Positions 18,736-27,920 of a stretch of DNA of 64,000 bases are shown one piece after another. The notes beneath the pieces are model-generated. The model did no database searches, was not told the DNA's origin, and was given only the letters and a program-made list of their open reading frames with translations. Numbering within the stretch: the stretch's first letter is position 1; the number at the start of each line of letters is the position of its first letter. The position numbers and the translations under genes were made by a program. Where the stretch lies: contig PLLJ01000039.1 in NCBI GenBank assembly GCA_003140935.1, forward strand, positions 76,007 to 140,006, given 5' to 3'. Source of the stretch: Candidatus Omnitrophota bacterium (lineage in GTDB: Bacteria; Omnitrophota; Omnitrophia; Omnitrophales; Aquincolibacteriaceae).

Positions 18736-19536
18736 CTAAGAAAAGGGCCTGCCGAGATGTCGGAACGGTTTAAGGGCCGCGAGTATTTCCGCGTGAATGA
18801 GACCGTTAGTGACAAGATTCTGTGATCCCGTGAGAGTCAACGGAGATCCTGAGAAATCCGTAAGCTTTCCCCCCGCTTCTTCGACGATCATCATGCCTCC
18901 GGCCTTGTCCCACGGAGAGAGCTTCATTTCATAGTAGCCGTCAAACCGGCCGCAGGCCACGTAACAAAGATCGATCGCCGCCGACCCCCCGCGCCGTATG
19001 CCCTGGATCCGGGTCAGGAAGACGCGGAGCATCCCGAGATAATCGTCCGGGTTCCTGTTGCGGTCGTAGGGAAAGCCGGTCGCGAGGAGGGAATCCGCCA
19101 GCGTCTTTACCTTCGAAACATGGATGCGCTTGCCGTTCAAGGTCGCGCCCCGGCCGCGCTCCGCGAAAAAAAGTTCCTTCCGGAAGGGATCGAAGACGCC
19201 GCCCATCTCGAGCCGGCCGTCCTTTTCGAACCCGATCGACACCGAAACGATCGGAAAGCCGTGCGCGAAGTTCGTCGTGCCGTCGATGGGGTCGATGATC
19301 CACCGGCATCCGGAGCCGGCCACGGCGGGGGATTCTTCGGCCAGGATCGAATGGCCGGGGAAGCGTTTCAGGATCAGCCCGACGATCGCTTTCTCCGAGG
19401 CCTTGTCGATCTCGGTCACGAGATTGAACTCGCCCTTCTTGGTGATCGTCTGCACCTTGCCGAAGTTCGAACGGATGAGCTTTCCGGCCCTGGCAAGCGC
19501 CTCCAAGAGCGTTCTTTTAATTTGAGTGTTCTTCAT
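18736..19536 (-). CDS. suhB: Inositol monophosphatase family protein
   Basis: IMPase motifs WIIDPIDGTTNF and DAAAG-like region, about 265 aa. Confidence 0.75.
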   Translation of the reverse strand: MKNTQIKRTLLEALARAGKLIRSNFGKVQTITKKGEFNLVTEIDKASEKAIVGLILKRFPGHSILAEESPAVAGSGCRWIIDPIDGTTNFAHGFPIVSVSIGFEKDGRLEMGGVFDPFRKELFFAERGRGATLNGKRIHVSKVKTLADSLLATGFPYDRNRNPDDYLGMLRVFLTRIQGIRRGGSAAIDLCYVACGRFDGYYEMKLSPWDKAGGMMIVEEAGGKLTDFSGSPLTLTGSQNLVTNGLIHAEILAALKPFRHLGRPFS

Positions 19537-19587
19537 ATAAAATACGGACTCTTTTGGTGAACTAGTCTTTTGGGAAGAAGCATTCTA

Positions 19588-19672
19588 GTCCCAATACCTA
19601 TCAATTTCAACGGAGTTGAAATTGGGGCAATCCTTGTCAACCATTTGGGAAAAGAATAAAAGACAAGGATAG
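19588..19672 (+). repeat. Structured intergenic repeat family A, copy 2
   Basis: gtcccaatacctatcaatttcaacggagttgaaattggggcaatcc plus stem atccttgtc/gacaaggat. Confidence 0.6.
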
Positions 19673-19736
19673 CCGAAGGCGATGGGGACCGCAATGTTCT
19701 CATAGGAAACAAGAACCCTGAACAGCGAGGCCTATT

Positions 19737-20822
19737 ATGAAATCTTATCAAGTGACACTGATCCCCGGCGACGGCGTCGGGCCTGAACTCGCGGAAGTCA
19801 CCCGGGCGTGTCTTGAAGCCACGGGAGTCAAATTCGACTGGGACGTTCAAACCGCGGGGATGGATGTCATGGCGAGCGAAGGCACGCCGCTTCCGGCCCG
19901 CGTGCTGGAATCCATCCGCAAGAACAAGGTCGCCATCAAGGCCCCGCTCACGACTCCCGTCGGCACGGGATTCCGCTCCGTGAACGTGGCGCTCCGTAAG
20001 GAGCTCGATCTTTACGCCTGTCTCCGGCCCTGTAAATCCTACGAAGGCGTCCGTTCCCGCTACAAGAATATCGACCTCGTGATCGTGCGCGAGAACACCG
20101 AAGACCTCTACGCCGGCATCGAATTCCAGAAGGGGGCTCCCGCGACGCTGGAATTGATCGCGAACATCGAAAAACTTTCCAAAATGAAGATCCGCCCGGA
20201 TTCCGGCGTGAGCATCAAGCCGATCTCCGTCACCGGGACCGAGCGCATCGTGAGGTTCGCGTTCGACTACGCGCGGCAGAACAAACGGAAAAAGGTCACG
20301 GCCGTCCACAAGGCCAACATCATGAAATTCTCCGACGGGCTTTTCCTCGAGGTCGCGCGCGAAGTGGCCAAAAAATATCCGGAGATCCCATTCGAGGACC
20401 GTATCGTGGACAACATGTGCATGCAGCTCGTGCAAAAGCCCGAGCTTTACGACGTGCTGGTCCTCCCGAACCTTTACGGCGATATTCTTTCCGATCTTTG
20501 CGCGGGGCTGGTCGGCGGCCTCGGCGTCGCTCCCGGCGCCAACTTCGGAACGAACGGCGCTCTTTTCGAAGCGACCCACGGGTCCGCGCCGAAGTATAAA
20601 GGCCTCAACAAGGTGAATCCCACCGCGATGGTCCTCTCGGGCGTTCTGATGCTCCGGCATCTTGGAGAGACCCAGGCCGCGGCCCGTCTGGAAAAAGCCG
20701 TGGCCGACGTCATTGGCGAAGGCATGAACGTGACTTACGATCTGAAAAAAGACCGGAACGACCCCAACGCGGTGGGGACCCGCGAGATGGGACACGCGAT
20801 CATTAAAAAACTGGGGAAATAA
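19737..20822 (+). CDS. Isocitrate/isopropylmalate dehydrogenase family enzyme (likely NAD-dependent isocitrate dehydrogenase)
   Basis: [16 protein letters not shown] and NLYGDILSD metal-binding motifs. Genomic context with acnA and gltA. Confidence 0.7.
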   Translation: MKSYQVTLIPGDGVGPELAEVTRACLEATGVKFDWDVQTAGMDVMASEGTPLPARVLESIRKNKVAIKAPLTTPVGTGFRSVNVALRKELDLYACLRPCKSYEGVRSRYKNIDLVIVRENTEDLYAGIEFQKGAPATLELIANIEKLSKMKIRPDSGVSIKPISVTGTERIVRFAFDYARQNKRKKVTAVHKANIMKFSDGLFLEVAREVAKKYPEIPFEDRIVDNMCMQLVQKPELYDVLVLPNLYGDILSDLCAGLVGGLGVAPGANFGTNGALFEATHGSAPKYKGLNKVNPTAMVLSGVLMLRHLGETQAAARLEKAVADVIGEGMNVTYDLKKDRNDPNAVGTREMGHAIIKKLGK

Positions 20823-20823
20823 A

Positions 20824-20848
20824 AGGGACTCGGGACTTGTACCTCGTA
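20824..20848. repeat. REP-like family C copy
   Basis: aagggactcgggacttgtacctcg. Confidence 0.5.
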
Positions 20849-20873
20849 AAAAATCCGTAGTTCCAACGAATCC

Positions 20874-20955
20874 CGCACTGAATTACCAATAAATTTTACA
20901 GTTATTCAGTGCAGCACTGGCTTCCAATAAAGATTTATGGGAAAGCCAGGCGAGG
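20874..20955 (+). repeat. Structured intergenic repeat family B, copy 1
   Basis: Hairpin gcactgaat/attcagtgc followed by the conserved core gcagcactggcttccaataaagattt. Confidence 0.6.
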
Positions 20956-20994
20956 GACGAGTCCCTGGTCCCGAAGTTGAAAAGGAGAAAACTG

Positions 20995-21402
20995 ATGCTT
21001 CCCCCTGATTGGAAAGAACCCTACCGAGTGAACATCCACGTGCTCGACGAACAGCATAAAAAGTTCTTCGATATCCTGGCAAATCTTTATGGCGCGGCGG
21101 GGAAGGAGTATGACGCCACATTCCTGGGCATCAGACTCATGGAGCTTTCGGTCTTCATCGGCATGCACTTCGACACGGAAGAGCTCATGATGAGCGAATA
21201 TCATTATCCGGGTTATGAAGAGCATCGGAAAGAACACGAGCTCTTTAGGGAGAAGATCGCGGACTTTCAGGAGGATCTTAAAATGGGGAAGGCAGCACTT
21301 TCCGTGAAAACGGTCTCTGCTTGGACGGAATGGCTCGAGCACCACATTACGAACTTTGACAAGAAATACAGCTCTTTCCTGAACGGAAAAGGGATCCACT
21401 GA
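20995..21402 (+). CDS. Bacteriohemerythrin
   Basis: Hemerythrin His/Glu/Asp ligands (DEQHKKFF, HFDTEELM, YEEHRKEH, EHH). SD AAGGAG. Confidence 0.7.
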   Translation: MLPPDWKEPYRVNIHVLDEQHKKFFDILANLYGAAGKEYDATFLGIRLMELSVFIGMHFDTEELMMSEYHYPGYEEHRKEHELFREKIADFQEDLKMGKAALSVKTVSAWTEWLEHHITNFDKKYSSFLNGKGIH

Positions 21403-21812
21403 TGCCCCGTCCCGCTTGGCAGGAAAACTTCAGCGTGAACGTCCGGGTGCTCGACGAACAGCATAAAAGGTTCTTCGAGATCCTGGGCAATCTCTATGAC
21501 AGCAAGGGCAGGATCAATGACACCCTGTTCCTGGGAGACAGGGTCTGGGAGCTTTCCATGTACGCCGGCGCGCACTTTGACACGGAAGAACTCATGTTGA
21601 GCGAGTATTCTTTTTCGGGTTACGAAGAGCACAAGAAAGAGCACGAGCTCTTCAAGGAGAAGATCGCCGGCTTCCGGAGCGACCTTGAAATGGGTCAGAC
21701 GACATCGCTGACCCTGGACATGATCGATTTTTTGACGGGCTGGCTCGAGCACCACATCCTGAACGTGGACCAACAATACAGCCTCTTTCTGAACGGAAAA
21801 GGGATCCGCTGA
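21402..21812 (+). CDS. Bacteriohemerythrin (tandem paralog)
   Basis: Same motifs as the first copy. TGATG overlap with the upstream gene. Confidence 0.7.
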   Translation: MPRPAWQENFSVNVRVLDEQHKRFFEILGNLYDSKGRINDTLFLGDRVWELSMYAGAHFDTEELMLSEYSFSGYEEHKKEHELFKEKIAGFRSDLEMGQTTSLTLDMIDFLTGWLEHHILNVDQQYSLFLNGKGIR

Positions 21813-24511
21813 TGAGCCTTCTCAACAGTTTCGGCAGCAAGGTGACGCTCAAGATCGCGGGCAAGGACTTCACGATCTACCGCCTGCGCGCGCTCCAGGA
21901 ATGCGGCGTCGCCAAGGTCCTGCGCCTGCCTTATTCCATCCGCGTGCTGGTCGAGAACCTGCTCCGTAACGAAGACGGCAAGAGCGTGACGCGCAAGGAC
22001 ATCGAGCGGCTCGCGACCTGGGACCCGAAGCGCAAGGGCGAGCACGAGATCGCCTTCACGCCCGCCCGCGTCCTGCTGCAGGATTTCACCGGCGTCCCGG
22101 CGGTCGTCGACCTCGCGGCGATGCGCGAGGCGATGGTCAAGATGGGCGGCGACCCCAAGAAGATCAACCCGCTCCAGCCCGTGGACCTCGTGATCGACCA
22201 TTCCGTGCAGACGGATTTTTACGGGACCCCCGAGGCTTTCGCGAAAAATATCGGCAAAGAATTCGAACGCAACCGGGAACGCTACCAGTTCCTCAAATGG
22301 GGCCAGCAGGCCTTCCGCAATTTCCGCGTCGTGCCGCCCGCGACCGGGATCATCCACCAGGTGAACCTCGAATACCTTTCTCCCGTGATCTTCAGCCGGA
22401 AAGACGGCGCGAAAACTTTTCTTTATCCGGACACGCTCGTGGGCACCGATTCGCACACCACCATGATCAACGGTCTCGGAGTGCTGGGCTGGGGCGTCGG
22501 CGGGATCGAGGCCGAGGCCGCGATGCTCGGCCAGCCGGTCTCCATGTTGATCCCCGAAGTGGTGGGCGTAAAATTCACGGGGAAATTATCCGGAGGCGTG
22601 ACGGCGACCGATCTCGTGCTGACCGTCACGCAAAGGCTACGCAAAAAAGGCGTGGTCGGCAAGATCGTGGAATTTTTCGGGCCCGGCGTGAACGACCTCC
22701 CGCTCCCGGACCGTGCGGTGATCGCCAATATGGCGCCCGAGTACGGCGCCACGGCCGGATTTTTTCCGGCGGACCCGGAAACGCTCCGGTTCCTCAGGCT
22801 GACCGGACGGAGCGAAGAACAGATCAACCTCGCCGAGACCTATTTGAGGGCCCAAAGCCTTTTCCGCGAAGGCGAGGACGGCAAGATCGTTTATTCCGAC
22901 ACGCTGGAACTCGACCTCGCGAGCGTGGTGCCCAGTCTCGCCGGTCCCAAACGTCCGCAGGACCGCGTCACGCTGGGGGAAGTGAAAGGTTCTTTTAAGA
23001 AGGCGCTCGCGGAGACGGTGAAAAGCAAGGCCGGTCTCGCGAAAAAAGCGGCGCTCTTGATCGACGGGGAAAAATGCGAGCTCGCACAGGGCGCGGTCGT
23101 GATCGCCTCCATCACGAGCTGCACCAACACCTCCTGCCCGTCGGTGATGCTGGCGGCCGGGATCCTCGCGAAAAAAGCGATCTCAAAAGGACTGACCGTG
23201 AAGCCCTGGGTGAAGACCAGCCTCGCGCCGGGTTCCCAGGTCGTCACCGATTACCTCGCGGCGAGCGGGCTTCTTTCCTGCCTCGAAGTGCTGAAATTCA
23301 ATTCCGTGGGCTACGGCTGCATGACCTGCATCGGAAATTCGGGGCCGCTCCCGGGACCTGTCTCCAAGGCGATCAAGGAAAAAGACCTGATCGTGGCGTC
23401 GGTGCTTTCAGGAAATAGGAATTTCGAAGGGCGCATCCACGCGCAGGTCCGCGCGAACTACCTCGCGTCGCCGCCGCTTGTGGTGGCTTACGCGATCGCG
23501 GGGACGGTCTTGATCGACCTTGAAAAAGATCCTCTGGGGCCAGGGAAGAACGGCAAGCCCGTTTATCTCAAGGATATTTGGCCAAGTCCGGCGGAGATCC
23601 GGGAAGCGATGAAAAGCGTGGACCCGGCAATGTTCCGGAAACGCTACCACAATGTCTTCGAAGGGAACGAGGCCTGGCGGTCCTTGAGCGCTCCCGCGGG
23701 CGACACCTTTGTCTGGGACAAAAAGTCCGCTTACGTGAAGTCCCCGCCTTATTTCAAAAAAATGCCGTCCTTGCCGCCCGATCTGAAGAACATCAAGAAC
23801 GCGCGCGTCCTGGCCGTGCTCGGCGATTCGATCACGACCGACCACATTTCTCCCGCCGGGGCCATCGCCCCGTCGAGTCCCGCCGGAAAATACCTGATGG
23901 AGCAGGGGATCGGGCCTCAGGATTTCAACTCTTACGGTTCACGCCGCGGCAATCACGAAGTCATGATGCGCGGCACGTTCGCCAACCTCCGCCTGAAAAA
24001 TCTGCTCGTGCCGGGCGTGGAAGGCGGGATGACGAAATATTTCCCCCCGCCGGAGACGAAAGGACCGGGCATCGCGATGCCGGTCTTTGACGCGGCCATG
24101 AAATACGCCGAAGAGGGCCGGCCGCTCGTGATCCTGGCGGGGAAAGAGTACGGCTGCGGGTCTTCGCGCGACTGGGCGGCCAAAGGCCCCGCGCTTCTGG
24201 GCGTCCGCGCCGTGATCGCGGAAAGCTACGAGAGGATCCACCGGAGCAACTTGATCGGGATGGGCATCCTGCCGCTTCAATTCTTCCAGGGCCAGAACGC
24301 CGCCTCGTTCAAACTGACCGGCGAAGAGGTCTATACTATAGAAGGGATCGCCAAGGGGCTGAAGCCGGGCAAGATCCTCACGGTCAAGGTTTCCGGCGCC
24401 GGAAAAAGCAAAACCTTTGAAGCGGTGTGCCGCATCGATACTCCGATCGAGATCGAATACTACCGTCATGGCGGTATCCTGCAGTACGTTCTGAGGCAGC
24501 TCTTGAAATAA
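21812..24511 (+). CDS. acnA: Aconitate hydratase A
   Basis: 899 aa with full aconitase/IRP architecture. ATGA overlap with the hemerythrin stop. Confidence 0.9.
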   Translation: MSLLNSFGSKVTLKIAGKDFTIYRLRALQECGVAKVLRLPYSIRVLVENLLRNEDGKSVTRKDIERLATWDPKRKGEHEIAFTPARVLLQDFTGVPAVVDLAAMREAMVKMGGDPKKINPLQPVDLVIDHSVQTDFYGTPEAFAKNIGKEFERNRERYQFLKWGQQAFRNFRVVPPATGIIHQVNLEYLSPVIFSRKDGAKTFLYPDTLVGTDSHTTMINGLGVLGWGVGGIEAEAAMLGQPVSMLIPEVVGVKFTGKLSGGVTATDLVLTVTQRLRKKGVVGKIVEFFGPGVNDLPLPDRAVIANMAPEYGATAGFFPADPETLRFLRLTGRSEEQINLAETYLRAQSLFREGEDGKIVYSDTLELDLASVVPSLAGPKRPQDRVTLGEVKGSFKKALAETVKSKAGLAKKAALLIDGEKCELAQGAVVIASITSCTNTSCPSVMLAAGILAKKAISKGLTVKPWVKTSLAPGSQVVTDYLAASGLLSCLEVLKFNSVGYGCMTCIGNSGPLPGPVSKAIKEKDLIVASVLSGNRNFEGRIHAQVRANYLASPPLVVAYAIAGTVLIDLEKDPLGPGKNGKPVYLKDIWPSPAEIREAMKSVDPAMFRKRYHNVFEGNEAWRSLSAPAGDTFVWDKKSAYVKSPPYFKKMPSLPPDLKNIKNARVLAVLGDSITTDHISPAGAIAPSSPAGKYLMEQGIGPQDFNSYGSRRGNHEVMMRGTFANLRLKNLLVPGVEGGMTKYFPPPETKGPGIAMPVFDAAMKYAEEGRPLVILAGKEYGCGSSRDWAAKGPALLGVRAVIAESYERIHRSNLIGMGILPLQFFQGQNAASFKLTGEEVYTIEGIAKGLKPGKILTVKVSGAGKSKTFEAVCRIDTPIEIEYYRHGGILQYVLRQLLK

Positions 24512-24517
24512 AGAAGC

Positions 24518-24545
24518 GGGACTCGGGACACGGGACTCGTGGCTC
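24518..24545. repeat. REP-like family C copy
   Basis: gcgggactcgggacacgggactcg. Confidence 0.5.
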
Positions 24546-24597
24546 CTGGCCCGCAGTTTGTGGAACGCGTCCCTGGTTCGCAAAAGGAGGCCCCGAC

Positions 24598-25668
24598 TTG
24601 CCCCCGATAGAACAAAAAGAAAGATTTCTTTGGGCCGACGTGCTCCGCGTGATGGCCATCGCCGCGGTGGTGATCGTGCACGTCGCCGCCGATATCATCA
24701 CGGAGTGGCGTTCCGTGCCGCGGGGTGCGTGGTGGGCCGCGAACCTCTACGATTCCCTGGCGCGAGGTGCCGTCCCTATTTTTGTGATGCTCTCCGGCGC
24801 CCTTCTCCTTCCCCAGGCCGAAAGCTTCCGGGATTTTTTCAAGAAGCGCCTCCGGAGAATCCTCGTTCCCTTCATCGCCTGGACCGCTTTTTACCTCCTG
24901 TGGCAAAAATTCTTTTACGAGCCGTCCCTGGGATTCCAAGAAGCGGTACGGCGCGCCGCCTGCGGGGAAGTGCATTTCCATTTATGGTTCCTTTATCTCA
25001 TCACCGGGCTTTATCTCCTGGTCCCGTTCCTCAGGGTCTTCACCGCGCACGCCACACGGCGGGGGCTGTTTTATTTTCTGGGGCTCTGTTTTTTTGTCGC
25101 CTCGCTCGTTCCTTTCTGGGAGAACCTGGACGCCCTTTTTTTCCACACGGGCCTCCGGTTCCGGATCCCCCTGGAAGCGGCCCAGGGTTTTACCGGCTAT
25201 TTCCTTCTGGGTTTCGTGCTCCTGAGAGGATCGAAGCCCTCTTTTTTACCGGTGGCCGACCTCGTGCGGCTCGGGACTTTCCTCGTTTGTTTTTTCGGGT
25301 CTGGGTGGGTGGTCTTTCATGCCGGCCGGTTCCCGGCCCTGTTCTATGACAACCTGGCGCCGAACGTCGTCCTCTACGCCGCGAGTTGTTTTATGATCAT
25401 CAAAGAAACCGTGACGCGGCTCGAACCCAAGTGGAACGCGGGCGTGAAGCGGGCCTTCGGCGGTCTTTCGGCGGCCAGTTTCGGGATCTATCTGGTCCAT
25501 CCCGTGTTCATCGATATCTTCAACCACGGACGGCTGGGTTTTACGCTGACCGCCCAAATGGGGCACCCCGCCTGGTCCATCCCCGTGACGGCGCTTGCCA
25601 TTTATGCCTGTTCTTATCTTACCGTGCTCGCGATCCGGAAGGTCCCGCTCTTGAGGGCCACCGTATGA
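24598..25668 (+). CDS. Acyltransferase family 3 integral membrane protein (OpgC/OatA-like)
   Basis: N-terminal motif LWADVLRVMAIAAVVIVHV and multiple TM helices. Start is uncertain (TTG 24598 after AAGGAGG, or ATG 24652). Confidence 0.6.
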   Translation: MPPIEQKERFLWADVLRVMAIAAVVIVHVAADIITEWRSVPRGAWWAANLYDSLARGAVPIFVMLSGALLLPQAESFRDFFKKRLRRILVPFIAWTAFYLLWQKFFYEPSLGFQEAVRRAACGEVHFHLWFLYLITGLYLLVPFLRVFTAHATRRGLFYFLGLCFFVASLVPFWENLDALFFHTGLRFRIPLEAAQGFTGYFLLGFVLLRGSKPSFLPVADLVRLGTFLVCFFGSGWVVFHAGRFPALFYDNLAPNVVLYAASCFMIIKETVTRLEPKWNAGVKRAFGGLSAASFGIYLVHPVFIDIFNHGRLGFTLTAQMGHPAWSIPVTALAIYACSYLTVLAIRKVPLLRATV

Positions 25669-25684
25669 ATCGAGTCCCGAGTCT

Positions 25685-25768
25685 CGCACTGGACCTCCCG
25701 ATAAAAATAAAAGGTTGTCGAGTGCTGCACTGGCTTCCAATAGAAATTTCAATGAGAGCCAAGCGAGT
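25685..25768 (+). repeat. Structured intergenic repeat family B, copy 2
   Basis: Hairpin gcactggac/gtcgagtgc plus core gctgcactggcttccaatagaaatttcaatgagagccaagcgag. Confidence 0.6.
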
Positions 25769-25801
25769 CCCGTGACCCGCTTTTCATAAGGAGGTCTATT
25801 C

Positions 25802-26959
25802 ATGTGCCCGGGTAACATGCTGGCTTTCGGGATGATGGCGGTCGTGATCGCCGTGGCGCTTGTGTCGCTCTTTTCCTACGTTGCGTCCGAAAAAAAATTC
25901 CGGGAAACACTGACGCTCGTCATGAGCGATCCGGAACTCCGGTGGAACGAGAAAGAACACAGGTTTCAATACAAGGACCTGGACTTCTTCTACAGAAAGT
26001 TTTCCGGGTCGCGCAACAGGCCGCCGTACTTTTCGGTTTCCGTGGTGTGTCAGGGGACGGGCGGGGGATTTGGGATCTCGAAAGAGGGCGGGGTGGAGCG
26101 TTTTTTCAAAGGGGTCGGCGTGACCCGTGAAGTCCAGACGCCGGAGGAGGAGTTCAACCGCAGGTTTTTTATCGCCTCCGACACGCCCCAATTCGCGCAG
26201 GACTATTTTGTGTCCGCGGAAAAACGGGAGGCGATGAGACAGCTTTTCGATGGGAAAGCCTCGACGGTCACGTATGGCGACCAGCGCGTGACGGTCACCT
26301 GGAAAGGGAGTTCCGCGCACACCGACGGCATCGCGGCGATCAAAAGCACTGCCGGGGCGCTGGCGGTCCTCGCCAAAGACATCCCTGCTTGCCCTGACCC
26401 TGCCTCTTCCGCCGGAACAGAAAGCGGCGTCTCTTCCAACCGCGTTTGGATGACCGGCCTCGCCGCGGGGTCCCTGGTGGCGGGCCTTGTCAGCGTGGTC
26501 TGGACTTCGGCGGGCTATCCCGTTTATGACGCTTGGCAGCTCTTCCTTTTTTCTTTGAAATTTTCCCTGCCGGCCCTGGCCGTTTTTTTATATTTCGCGG
26601 TCCTGACCCTGGCCGGGACTTCAAGGTCGCACAAGGACATTCTGCGGACCGGCTTTCTCGCGCTCGCGGGATTTCTGATGCTCGGGTGCGGTCTCACGGG
26701 CCTTTATAACGGCATGAAGGACACCTCACCGCCGGCGGGCCACACGGTGAGCATTCTGGACAAGCGGATCTACAAGTCCAAAAATTCCAGGACCTACAAG
26801 CTGATCGTCCAGTCCTGGAGACCGGGAAACGCCATTGAAGATCTTCCGACGAACCGGGGGACCTTTCAGCGGGTCGTCCCTGGAAAACACAAGGTGGTGG
26901 TCTACACCCGGCCCGGCAAACTCGGCTTTGAATGGTTCGTGACGTACCGGCTGTTGTAG
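25802..26959 (+). CDS. Hypothetical membrane protein
   Basis: N-terminal TM segment and three or four C-terminal TM segments. No recognised domain. Confidence 0.4.
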   Translation: MCPGNMLAFGMMAVVIAVALVSLFSYVASEKKFRETLTLVMSDPELRWNEKEHRFQYKDLDFFYRKFSGSRNRPPYFSVSVVCQGTGGGFGISKEGGVERFFKGVGVTREVQTPEEEFNRRFFIASDTPQFAQDYFVSAEKREAMRQLFDGKASTVTYGDQRVTVTWKGSSAHTDGIAAIKSTAGALAVLAKDIPACPDPASSAGTESGVSSNRVWMTGLAAGSLVAGLVSVVWTSAGYPVYDAWQLFLFSLKFSLPALAVFLYFAVLTLAGTSRSHKDILRTGFLALAGFLMLGCGLTGLYNGMKDTSPPAGHTVSILDKRIYKSKNSRTYKLIVQSWRPGNAIEDLPTNRGTFQRVVPGKHKVVVYTRPGKLGFEWFVTYRLL

Positions 26960-26974
26960 CCCTGAGAAGCGGGC

Positions 26975-27030
26975 CGGGACTCGGGACACGGGTAACGCAA
27001 GCGTTCCACGTTCCCCGAAAAAAAGGAGGA
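26975..27030 (+). repeat. Conserved 5' leader motif family D, copy 1
   Basis: gggactcgggacacgggtaacgcaagcgttccacgttccccgaaaaaaaggagg immediately upstream of ATG 27035. Near-identical copy at 38495-38606. Confidence 0.55.
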
Positions 27031-27034
27031 ACTT

Positions 27035-27256
27035 ATGAAGAGGCAGAACTTCAGGAACGTTTTTTTTAAAGGGTTGCGTTGGATGGTCCCTTGGCTGGTC
27101 CTTGCGGGCTGTGCGCATTCGCAGGATCAGGTCGCTTTAACTCCTGAAAAGAAAACCGAGGCGCAGACTATCGAGAGGGCCCAGTCGGACGATCGTCTGA
27201 CCCCTATGGAATCGGACCTTCAAAAAGACGCGCTCAGGCACCATATCAATTTTTAA
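27035..27256 (+). CDS. Small lipoprotein, hypothetical
   Basis: Signal peptide with lipobox LAGC. Confidence 0.35.
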   Translation: MKRQNFRNVFFKGLRWMVPWLVLAGCAHSQDQVALTPEKKTEAQTIERAQSDDRLTPMESDLQKDALRHHINF

Positions 27257-27269
27257 AAGAGGTTCTAGG

Positions 27270-27470
27270 ATGCGAATGATCCTGTTGGCAGTATGGGCTT
27301 TGACATTAAGCGGTTGTTGCGGTTCTCAAACGTCTGCGGACTTGCAGATGAGCCAGGACCAGGCAAAATTAACACGGATGTACCGGGAATGCATTGAGAA
27401 AAATCTGGGTAACGGGGAGGCCATGACGAAGAATTGTGAGCCGATCCTTGGCCCTTATGCCTCTCATTAG
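27270..27470 (+). CDS. Small lipoprotein, hypothetical
   Basis: Signal peptide with lipobox LSGCC. Confidence 0.35.
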   Translation: MRMILLAVWALTLSGCCGSQTSADLQMSQDQAKLTRMYRECIEKNLGNGEAMTKNCEPILGPYASH

Positions 27471-27500
27471 AGGCGCGGTTCACATAAGCGTGCGGAAGCC

Positions 27501-27851
27501 ATGATGAAAAAAGTCTTTTTTGGGATCTTGCTGATGTCCGGACTTATTTCTTTTGCTTTCGCGAGCATGGCTCCGGACAAGACGGATGATCCGGAGATGT
27601 CTCCGCCGTCGCAGAAAGAAATGCATAGCGTTCCTTCCGAAGAGGCGATCAATGCTTGCTCCGGAAAAGAGGAGGGGGCTACCTGTCATGTGGGTTGGGG
27701 AAGGGGAGGTGTTTGCCATTCTACTTCCGATAAGAAGTATTTTTCCTGCACGGCCAATAATACGTCTTCCGGCAGCAAGAATGATCCGGACGATTCCGGC
27801 AAGGAAAACGGAGTGACGGACCAGGACGGTCTCACCAAGGTTTCTTTTTGA
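27501..27851 (+). CDS. Small secreted Cys-containing protein, hypothetical
   Basis: Signal peptide. Acidic and Ser-rich with 4 Cys. Confidence 0.35.
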   Translation: MMKKVFFGILLMSGLISFAFASMAPDKTDDPEMSPPSQKEMHSVPSEEAINACSGKEEGATCHVGWGRGGVCHSTSDKKYFSCTANNTSSGSKNDPDDSGKENGVTDQDGLTKVSF

Positions 27852-27920
27852 TCGAAGGTCATCTCTTGCGTAAAGTGCGTCATTTTTGATAAATCCAGGT
27901 GAAAGGGTTTAAGGTTAAAA

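Noticed and set aside
19533-20795. 420-aa minus-strand ORF antisense to the dehydrogenase gene
   Set aside because: Same reasoning. The + strand gene has canonical ICDH/IMDH motifs.
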